Shown one piece after another: positions 12,501 to 24,500 of a DNA stretch of 64,000 nt. The notes beneath the pieces were generated by a model. The model saw nothing but the letters and a program-made list of their open reading frames with translations. It did no database searches and had not been told where the DNA came from. Both the position numbers and the translations under genes were made by a program. Each line of letters opens with the position of its first letter. The stretch's first letter is position 1. Source of the DNA: Antedon mediterranea (taxonomy: Eukaryota; Animalia; Echinodermata); assembly GCF_964355755.1 (NCBI RefSeq), contig NC_092672.1:11966001-12030000 (forward strand), given 5' to 3'.

Positions 12501-15500
12501 AAACAAAATACTTACCTCAGTAAAAGTAATACACAGTGTTGTTTTTCCAATTTCTTGCAACTGTTCTTGCAAATCCGCCCATTTTAATGGGACACTTCTC
12601 ACCATGGCCTTCATATAACGACCAACGTTTCTCCTTAGTTGTTTTATACCTTCATGCGATTTTACAGTGTTATCCACCATGTACATCTCACGATCTACAG
12701 GATCGGCATATGGCATTCCTTCCATTTTTTCAAACATTTTACGAAACTTATCCTCCACTTCCTTTAATAAAAAAGTTTTTTCATAAATACAAGCTATAAC
12801 AACAACAAAAATGTAATTATTCTTACAAACTGTTATTTCATATTCTGATTTGAATAAGTCTAACAGATAATTACACTTAATATACGATTTAATTCGTAGG
12901 CTATGCTATTTAAATTTCATCACTGTATCGGTTTTAACTAATTCAGAATTAATCCTGTCCGTGTATACCACATACTGTACCATTGAAAAATTGTAAGCTT
13001 ATTTAATGTTAATGTACGTCTGTTACCTTGATCCAATTTTTGGATTTTGACTTTTTACTAAATGTGTCCATATGTGTAGCAACCAAACAGATAGGAGGTG
13101 ACTCAATGATCTTGCCATCAATATTAATGGGACTTCCTGGACCATGTTGTGCCACAGTATGTTCATAAATGGACCTTATCCAGAACATATTCATTTCCGA
13201 ATTGGTCATTCCTAGTGTACTCTAAAATCACAAATAAAATGCAATCTTATAAAGTAATCTAAAATATTCTCAATAACAAAGATATGCATATTTAATAAAG
13301 TGTATTCGAGCAAATAAGTAGGTACTGTAGGCACTTACTGTAATTGAATCTCGCGGATTAGCTGGTTCATCCAAGTTATCACACGCATTAAACGCTACAC
13401 AGTAGGATACTCTATTTGTGAGGAAAAACTAAACAAAATACAATTGATAATAATAACTTTTTTTTATACTCCAACACATTTATTAGGGATGTGTTAATTG
13501 ATACATGCAATAATACTTTATTGAAAATGTTATACCACAACACAATGTCGTACTGTCACTATGAGCAAATATCTTTATATTTTAATAATCATTTAACATA
13601 TGAAACAAAAACTATAGAACAAACGAAAAAATACATGAATCAAATAAAATTTTAAAATATAATTTAAAGGTCTGTTTAATAAAATAGATACGTAAACAAG
13701 CAAATCAAGACCCTTTTTTTAAACATGCAGCAATAAATTTATTTTTTAATTTTTAAGACATTTTTAAGTAATAGCAAATAACAAAATAGGAACATACCCT
13801 ATGCGTTATGTAGTAGTCCAGTTGACCTGCGTAGTCCCATATCGTAGTTACGTCACTTGGAATACTTTCTGAATCATCACTTTTTACAAATTTCCTAAAC
13901 TTTTTCATCGCCCAACTATCTTTCTGTCTTCGCTTTTTTATTTTAGCAACAACTTTTCTTTGAATTGAGTCGGGAATTGTCAGATTTTCATTTAGTTGAC
14001 TCTCTACATTCAAATAATTACTACAAATCAATGGTGTGTGTGTAAATTAGATATGGATATGGATAGATGGACTGGTCTGATTTTTTGTGATTAGACATAA
14101 TGAATGTTATAAAGGATAAGTAAGTGTATACAATAAATAAATACATTAGTCAGGATAATTAAAGAATTGAACGAGCAGCGAATATTATTCATTGCCCAGT
14201 TTTAATACCGGTACCAATGCAATATTTGCATTTTAATACATTTATATGTTTGCAACAAGAACAACCGCACTCTTCCATACATATTATTTTATTAAATATA
14301 AAGAGTCCAACCCTTTTTTGCCGAATTCTCTGCCAATGACGTGCAATCAGACTCTCTAGAATCTGATGTAGAAGCCTCGCATAAAGGAAGTTCGTTGAAA
14401 GATGTTCTTTCTTTCATCTTTAATGTAATTTCTTCCACTACAGCGTCTTCAAATATTCGCTGGGTTTGCTTGAATCTCAAGTTTTCTGTCGGCGAAAATG
14501 TATAACTAAAAATAATTATTTGTGTCATGTTGCACTCATAACGAATAAAATGGTTATAGTTTTATATACTAGAGCACTGAAATATCACTTATAGGCCTGT
14601 ATAAGCTCCACAGCTCTAAAGTACTACTTTATATTAATAATAATGAAACAATAATATAAACAACACTCCTATGAAGTTATAGTGTTTATTTCAGCATCAG
14701 CATGTATAATACACTACATTAATTTGTTATTTACATTAAATTGGTTTATTTACTTTACAAAACCTAAACAATAAACTAAAATATTAATTTCTCTTTCTTG
14801 TCATGAAATTAATTTGCTGTTATTAATTCGCGTGCTGACTTGATAGGTCTATAGTAAAGTGATTAAAATGCGAAAAACCAAACTTTATTTATGCAAAATA
14901 ATCGTCAATACGTATTATATTATTGATGTTTATTTGAACACTTTAAAAATATTTAAAAAAATAATCAAACCTTCTACTGAATACACAGAGTCAGAAGATA
15001 TAGAACATTCAAAATCAGATATTGAAGGTGTTGAAACTGCACCTTGTAAATGGAATTTGGTTCCAGTTGACGTTTGTTTTTCCATCTTTGCTGTGATGTG
15101 TTCAGGCGTTTTCTGGGATGTTCCTGCAATTCATTCATATATATTTTTGATACAATATATAAAATGTCTAACATTTCACTTTTATGTATGTTTCTATACT
15201 GTATGAGTGCATCTTAACCAATACAGTTTGTTTAGAATAATAAAAATACCCTTGTAATATAAATTGTAGTAGACATTCATCATACCTGTTTTTACTGGAT
15301 CCAAAGAAGAGATTGCTGATGATTCCAGTTGGAAATCAGATTTAGATGTTGACATATCTGAACTTCCTTCGCCATCATCCATTTCTTCTTTTATTAACTG
15401 TGTTGCAAGTTTTTCTGCAAGTGCATCTTCCCGTATTTTCTTGTTGAGCTCCATAACTGTAAAAAAACACAAGGTGAAATAAGGTTGTACGGTACACATC

Positions 15501-18500
15501 ATAGAAAATAAATTAAATACTAAAATTAGAAAAATGAGATATATCATCAAATCACCGGTAAATAAAATAAATATAATATGTAGGTCATTTATGTAATTAT
15601 TGACCAAAATGCATTTTTAAGTATTTATTAAAAATATTATTTCCAATGTACCTTACCGGTACTTATTTACCTTAATTATGGTACTAATAAATCTCTATAC
15701 AAAAATTGGCCAAAGCAGGCAAGTATGCGTATGTTGAAGGAAGAGAGAGTTTCTCTCTTTTGTGGGGACAGCCCACTTTGAACGAACAGTTAATGTGTCA
15801 TTTGTTATGGTTGAATTCTTCTTTTCAAACTTACCGTCGATATCTTCCTTCTTCCACTTGTCACAGTCTTTTCCAATTGCTTGAAACAATGTCGTTGTAA
15901 TAACAATACTATCAGTAGATAGTTCGTTGGAATTAAATCTATAATAATGAATAATGAACTCCAAAAGGTCGGATTTAATGAAAGTAGAATGTATCCAATT
16001 GTTCATCTTAAAATATTAATATATTTAAAATAAAAACGAAGTGAAGATCACAAGTAAATAAGCTGTATATTGATGAAGACCATATATATTTTATTGGTGC
16101 ATCTTATAAAATAACTTGGTTCTTTTGTTACCTTAGTCCAAGCATGGCCTTTACACAGCTAGTTTTTCCAGCACCTTCTTTCCCGAGAAACACACATCTT
16201 GAATTTACAACTGCAATCTCACCATTTTCAAGTTCATTTTGAAATGATCTAACTGCCCTCTCACCTCTAGCTAATATTTCATCTGGAACTAAATTGCAAT
16301 TAAAATGAATGCAAAATATACAAAAACAAATGTAAAAATACAAATATTTTACACTTAAGAATCAATTCGAAGCCATAGTTTTAACAATGTCATTATGACT
16401 GCTCATCTTTGTCACATTCATACAGTTCAAAGGTTCAGTACAATTTTAAATGTGTGTCATTAGTAATATACTGTTTAATATTCATGATGCAAAACTCAAG
16501 AAAAGTGTATTAATGCAAACTTACTGTCAAATAACTTCAATATCTTATTTTTCGTCTGTTGGGAGATTAGAATATTTTCCTTCAAAGCAAACAGATGCAG
16601 GTGTTTCTCCTCGCTATACAAAAAAATGTATTAAAGTATTATCCACTGTTACTTTACTAATACTAGTAATGTACATAATCCGGATTGTAATGAATACATT
16701 TATAAGCCAATAACGTGCACACGTTAATATGACACAATCTGAGTACCTTTGCACTAGCCAACACCAACACTAACTGCTCTACCATTTAATGTTTAATGTG
16801 ATTGAATACGGTACACTTTAAAAATGCTATTGAAAATTTGTATAAAAGAATAGTCGATACTGATTAAATGTACATGTTAATTATCGCATCTATGAGAATG
16901 TACCCCAATGCTAACATAATGACTTTAAATAATTAGCGCCCTTTCTGATATTCTTTAGCTCCATGTTAATAACATACTCCTAATCAAAATAAGAGTATAC
17001 CTTGGATATAGGCGTAATGGTTTGCTTAATAAGCACAATTTAAAAATGCAAATTCAATTTTGCATTAATTGACGGTACCTTGTTTCTTGCTCTAAGTGAT
17101 GCTCCGTGGGCTATGAGACTGTTCACAATTTCTAAATCACCAATACTGCTAAAGCTGACGTGTCCATGTAGCGGTGTGTTTCCCTCCTGGAAAGCAGAAA
17201 GTTTTATGTATTATAATATACATTTTACACGTTTGATACTAGAACTAAGGTTTAAACACATATATTGTATTATTATCTTTCAGTAGGACTTCGATGATCA
17301 TCCCTGCCAAATCGCCAGGACTTGTCTGGTGGGTGTAGGCCAACTGGAAATGCGTCTGACAAGTGGACAGCAGGGAATGAGTCCAACGGATGTGAAGCAT
17401 GTCTATTGATTATAGATTATAGAATGAAAGTTAGATGATAAATCTTAATTGGGGTAAAAAATTAACTTCATTAATGTAAACGGGGTCCCATCGTTTTATT
17501 ATTTTTTATGAAATCATACACATAAGCGCCATTATTGGTTCGGCATCATAGTCCTCATGGTTTATGGTAAAAAAATTGTCAAGTAAATGGAGTATGTTGT
17601 TAATTGTCTACGATAGACCACAGTACATCATTACTGTAAATAATACAACTAGTTGATTTTAATTGGGACGTGGAGAGGTGTTAGCAATGAACATAATTTT
17701 GAAAGTATTGGTATTAACGTCTTGTTAAATGCGGCAGCTATATGATGTTTAAAATAATTTAAACTCACTTTGATAAATAAATATGACTTTTTTTCAAAAT
17801 AAAAATAAATTAAACAAATCCAAGGTTTGTTTATACGGGAGCTCATTTAGATTAACTTATATTGTTAATTAATACAAATGATAACGTTATTGATTTTTTA
17901 ATCATTTTGAAAGAGTAATTTACATTGTTTGTTATATAGATACAGACGGGTTAGCGCTGAACACATTTTAAAACTATTAATTTAGCGTCTTGTTCAACGT
18001 GTCTATGTAGCGGTGTGTTTCCATTCTGAAAAGTAGAAAGTTAGATTAAACTTGAGACATTTTTTTAAGAATACAGGTATTATTATATTACATATTTATC
18101 TTTTTCTATATTAATTTTCTAATTCATTAAGAGTGACTGTAAATTATATAGAAAAACCTGGTATTAAGAAAATAATACAACTTGCTGATTTTAATTATTA
18201 TAATACAGACGGGTTAGCAATGAACACATTTTAAGAAAATAATACAACTTGCTGATTTTAATTATTATAATACAGACGGGTTAGCATTGAACACATTTTA
18301 GAAGTATTGTTCAATCTAAAACGCTACAGCTACACGATTTTTAATATATTTTAAATTGTATTTCTGCTTTGATAATAACTATTATATTGTTTCCAATGAA
18401 AACACATTAAACGAATCTATGGTTTGCTTATAACGGGAGATAATGTAAATTAACTTATAGTGTTAACTAATACAAATAATTACGTTAATGATTTAAATCA

Positions 18501-21500
18501 TTGTATAAGAGTAATTTACATTGTTTGTTGCTGTGATTGATGCTCCGTGAGCCATAAGACTGTTCACTATCTCTACATTACCATCGCCAAGTGCAACGTG
18601 TCTATGTAGCGGTGTGTTTCCATCCTGGAAAGAAGAAAGTTAGATTAAACTTGACGCTTTTTTTCAAGAATACAGGTATTACTTTATTACATATTTTCCT
18701 TTTCTATATCAATTGTGTAGTTCATTGAGAGTTAACTGTAGATTATATAGATAGATATATTATATACACTTTTCCAATGAAAAACACATTAAACGAATCT
18801 TGGGTTTGCTTATAACGGGAGATAATGTAAATTAACTTGTAGTGTTAACTAATACAAATAATTACGTTAATGATTTTAAGTCATGGTAAAGGAGTAATTT
18901 ACATTGTCTGTTGCTGTGATTGAATCTCCGTGAGCTATGAGACTGTTCACTATCTCTACATTATCACGGCCCCACCAAACGTGTTCATGTAGCGGTGTGT
19001 TTCCATCCTGGAAAGAAGAAAGTTAGATTAAACAACTTGACGCATTTTTTATGCGAATACAGGTAGTATTATATTTCATATATATCCTTTTCTACATTCA
19101 TTTTCTAATTCATTAAAAGTGACTGTAGATTATATAGAATGACCTGGTATTAAAAAAATAATAAAACTTGCTGATTTAAATTATTATAATGCAGAAGGGT
19201 TAGCAATGAACACATTTTAAAAGTATTAATTTAGCGTCTTTTTCGATCTAAAACGCTACAGCTACACGATGTTTAATATATTTTAAATTGTATTTTTGCT
19301 TTGATAATAACTATACATTTTTCCAATGAAAAACACAATCAATGAATCTAGGGTTTGCTTATAACGGGAGATAATGTAAATTAACTTGTAGTGTTAACTA
19401 ATACAAATAATTACATTAATCCTTTTTAATTCATTGTAAAAGAGTAATTTACATTGTTTGTTGCTGTGATTGATACTCCATGGGTTATGAGACTGTTCAC
19501 TATCTCAACATTACCACTGCCCAACCTAACGTGATCATGTAGCGGTGTGTTTCCATTCTGGAAAGAAGAAAGTTAGTATTATTATATTTCATATTTTTCT
19601 TTTCTACATTCATTTTCTAATTCATTAAGAGGGAATGTAAATTATATGGAAATACCTGGTATTAAAAAAATAATGACTAACTGATTTCAATTAAGACATG
19701 CAGAGGATTTAGCAATGAACATCATTTTGAATGTATTGATGTTAGCGTCTTGTTTAATCTAAAATTCGACAGCTGTACATGATGTTTAAATATCGTAAAT
19801 TATATGGTGATGGTTAATAACTAAAAATAATATAATTTATTAAATTAATAAACATATTCCTACACCTGGACATTTCGTTTAGATTCAAGTAAACTTTCAT
19901 GAATACTGAATTTGTAGATATGTATGTATTTACATAACATAATTGCAAATTCCAACAATACACACTACGGTGAATTCAATAAATATTTTGTTATATTATT
20001 AATCTACTATCCATCCCACCTTCATCCTACAATAAAAAAAAATATTACGTAATTCGTTTCTCCCATTTGCTATGAGGCTTTTGAATGCAAGCTATGTGTA
20101 TGTATCGTGTTATATGACATTTGCCTTTTTGTTATATTTGTTGCATTTGTATTTTATCCTATTGGTGACGTACTGTCTGTAGTTTACCATTTTTTTTTCT
20201 ACTACGAATAATAACGTTAATGATTTAAATAATAGTAAATCTCTGTCAACGCTACCAAACTGTATCAATAAAGTGTCGTACTGTCTGTATTTTACCAATT
20301 GTATCATATCTTTACTTTATTTATTTAATATGTGACAAGCAGGAAAGTTTGTTTTACATTTCTCAGAGCTTGTTGGTATTTCATCATAATTACATTTTTC
20401 ACAAATTAAAATATTGTGGTTTAGGGCCTACATAGTTATTCTACCGTATCAACAGTGACGCAACTTCCGGGTTCCCATGAGAGGCACGACCAGTGTCCGC
20501 TAAGATCATTGTACTTCCAGAACCGCGACAGGTCAGACGTGTGCGCTAGTTGGATATTGTTTCTTTGGATACATACGGCGTGAGGATCATCGCAGTTGTG
20601 GGCTTCATAAAAGGTAACGTTAAAATTTTGCTTTAGGTGTAGTTGCTAGAGGACTGGGCGGACTGTATTACCGTACGGACGCCCTTAATTTAGCCTATAT
20701 GTCTTTATTTCTATCTCCTTATCTTATGATGAATTCGGAGTAGGCTATTATAAATTGGGAATGATGGCGTGCAAGTGAGGCTATATGCGTGGTCGCCATC
20801 TTTAATCTATGGAATGTTATGCAGGCTGTGGCATGCCGCATATTTTTGTTAAAGGGAAAGTAAGTTACTCGTTTCCCTAATGCAGTGTTTTGTTTTACAC
20901 CTGCACAATGGAGAGTAAGCTGATAGTCTCCGTTCACTCAATTAGCCAATGCGTTAAAAAGGCTATAATTTATAATTTATAAATTCATTGCTATATCAGG
21001 CGGTTGTTGGGCCTTCTACTATACTACTAGGCCTAGAGCAGGCCTATTACCATAGAGATATTATAATTTCTCTATGCTATTACTAATTAATAGTAGGTAT
21101 TGCTAGCTAGGCCTTGACTGGCAAATGTGCATGTATGCGAGTATACTAAGCAGGTCATGACCTTAATGGTATGTCTGTTGCATACAGGTGTTAAGCGATT
21201 TTCTAATATGGCAGAACATGATGGCTCGCCAGGTGGTGCAGCTTTTAGTGTTGGTGATAAATTAAAGGAGGAGTTGATTAACTCGATGTCGTCAATGGTG
21301 GCCAGCATGAAGCAAGATTTGGTTCAACAAGTCAAAGACATGGTTGACTTCACAGAAGAGCCTGATGAGGGCCAGTCCTATATGCCTGTGTGGTTGGATG
21401 ATGAGCTCCCCGCTGCACAAACAGCACAGCGCATTGATGAGTACACAAGTGGGCCAGAGGAGGTAGCTACAGCTAGTCAAACCAGTGATTTTGCTGACGT

Positions 21501-24500
21501 AGCAGCTGAATTTAGTACAACCACACTTACAGGGCCAGCTGTGGATGATAAATTGGCTATAATTGTAAGTGACCTGATTAGTGGAAGGATACTCCCTGCA
21601 AAGATGACTGAGCTTACTGGAAAATATCTTCGACCACTCAACTGTGAAATGCTAATCACACCCAAGGTGAACTTACCTGTGTGGGGCCAGTTGAAACCTT
21701 CTACCAGGACCAATGATGTTGGGTTGCAGAAAGTGCAGGCACTGTTCGTAAACTCTATGTATGCTCTCGCTCCAAGCATGTCACTAGGCCTCAGGTGATT
21801 TGAAAACTACATTGACGCATGCACTGGTTATAGCGCTGACTGCAAACCGGGAGTTTAACCTGAAGCGAAGGGAGATGTTAAAACCAGACCTTAACGCACG
21901 ATTTGTTGCACTCTGTGGGGTGACGACTCCCATAACCACAGAGCTCTATGGAGATGATGTTACCAAACAGATAGACGATCTCTTCAAATCAAACAAACTT
22001 GGCGAGAAATTATCAGGTGCTAGAAGAGGTCGGGGTCGTGGATACCACCCATATGCAGGAGCCAGACGAGTTGGTTTCCGCAGCCGAGGTGGAAGTCGCT
22101 CAGGGTTCCAGAGGTACCAGTCAAACCAGTCTTTTTTAGGAGGAAAGGGCTCCTACCAACGCAGACAGGGAGCCCGGCTGGCTGCTCAACCAAAGGGAAA
22201 TCGAGAGTAGAGGTCAGTTTTGTTAATCAGATTAATAAAATTCTTAATAATATATCATGGTAGTTTTATTGCAGGTCAATTAAGGTTCTGCGTGGACCGT
22301 TGGAAAGAGATCACTACGGATCCCTTTGTTCTGTCATGTGTTACCAATTGTGAAATTGAATTTGAAGCTATGCCTATGCAGGCTGGCTATAATCGACAAT
22401 TAGAGTCGCAATTTTCTGTTGCTGAGCAACGAGCTATTGACTCAGAACTTGCATCTTTTTTGGCCAAAAGGGTTATTGACATTTCCAAACTATGTAAAGG
22501 AGATTTTGTTTCGCCTATCTTTATCCGTCCCAAAAAAGAACCGGGTAAATATAGAGTTATTTTCAACCTTAAGGAACTTAATGAGTATGTCACTTATAGG
22601 CATTTTAAAATGGACACGATAGATTCGGCAATATAGCTTATGAAGCCGGAGTGTTTTATGTCATCCATCGACCTCCGGGACGCTTATTCGGTGCCTATTG
22701 CAGCAAAGTATAGACGGTTTCTTAAATTTTGTTGGAAAGGTGTATTTTACCAATTTAATGCGCTACATATGGGCTTATCTTGTAGCCCTCGCGTTTTTAC
22801 AAAGCTGCTGAAGCCAGTTTTTTCTACTCTAAGGAGTAGCTTTGGTATCTCATGCCTGGGTTATATTGATGACTCGTTTTACACTGACGACACATTGGCG
22901 ACACATTGGCGGGGTGTCAAGAGGCTACTTTGCAAGCTACAATGCTGCTAACAAAATTAGGTTTTTCAGTTCATCGGGAAAAATCTGTACTTAGACCCAC
23001 TCAGCAGTTAGAATACATAGGATTTCAATTAAACTCGGTGTCTATGTCTGTTTCGGTTACCAAAGCAAAGATATCAAGCATTGTTGGCATTTGCAGAGAG
23101 TTTGTATTTAAGAAATCTGGTAGCATCCGGGCATTTGCTTCACTCATAGGTAAGCTTGTTGCGACATTCCCAGGCGTGGAATATGGACCGTTATACTACA
23201 GACATCTTGTCCGAGACAAAGATTTGGCATTGCGGCATTCAGCCGGTAATTTTGAGGTGATGATGATCCTCTCGGAAGAGAGTATAATTGAACTTGAATG
23301 GTGGATAACATTTCTCCCACCAGCCTCAAAACTGATTAATCATGGCCCTATTAACTATACGATCTTCGTAGATGCTTCCCGCAAGGGCTGGGGGGGGGGG
23401 GGGGGCATAGTTGACGAGAGCAGAACGCAGGGGCTGTGGTCCCTAGAGGAAGCTGTTCACGACATAAACATTCTAGAAATGCTTGCAGCGCTATTTGGTT
23501 TACAGGCACTTTGTGGCCATTTGCACAAAGTGCATATTCGTATCATGTCGGACAACGCGACCGCTGTCTCATATATAATTTGTATGGGAGGTACGAAATC
23601 GTGGTCATGTAATTCGGTTGCCTACAAGATTTGGTACTGGGCAATAGAGCAAAATATTTGGCTTACCGCTGCTCATACTCCGGGCATAAAAAATGTAGAG
23701 GCAGATGTTCTGTTTAGAAATTTTGTATCTGGGTTAGAATGGCAAATGAATGCAGGTATTTTTTCTAAGACTGTTGACTGTTTTGGAGTGCCGGATATTG
23801 ACTTATTTGCTAGTCGAATTAATCATAGGGTACCGGCATATGCGTCTTGGAAACCAGATCCAAACGCTGTTATCATTGATGCTTTTACCAGTGATTGGTC
23901 AACATTTAAACAATTTTATGTTTTCTCCCTTTTTGTCTGATAGCTAGATGCCTACAGAAAATTTTACTGGAACATGCCACGGGCATCATGGTGGTGCCAC
24001 TGTGGAGAACACAGGCATGGTTTACGAGAGTTCTCGACTTACTCATCGACACACCACGCTGGGTGAGGGTCAACAAGTCAGTGTTAGAACACCCACTTAT
24101 TCATCACCATCCACTAAGCTCACAGTTATGTCTACTAATTTGCAAGTTGTCAGGGAAATCATCGCTGACGTCAGCCTACCGGCAGAAATTGACAGAGCAC
24201 ACAGAAGCAGTATGACTTACACATCAGAAAGTGGCGTCAATTTTGTTTTCAAAGAAAAATTGATTTCTTGCACCCCGTTGTAGGAGATGTCTTAAAGTTT
24301 TTACATAACCTTTTTAAAGAAGGTCTTTCTTACTCCTCGCTTAACACGGCTAGGTCAGCGTTAGCATGTTGCTTCACTGACTATCATGGCAGGGAGGACT
24401 GGATGCTTGCCATCGTCGCATAACATGCTCGTTTAACTAACAAATAAACAAGTAGCAAAATCTGTTTTACCACATTTGACCAGTGTCATAAAAAACTTCT

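Larger units (their letters stand above)
17670..19830 (-). repeat. Tandem array of ankyrin exon+intron cassettes (~380-600 bp units)
   Basis: Intron blocks (gggttagcaatgaacacatttt; ggtttgcttataacgggagataatgtaaattaac; gaaagttagattaaac) repeat around each ankyrin exon. Confidence 0.9.

Noticed and set aside
20040-20100. Possible additional ankyrin exon (SLIANG on the minus strand)
   Set aside because: No TPLH and no suitable phase-0 boundaries; the plus strand reads RNSFLPFAMRLLN, more like a LINE 3' remnant.
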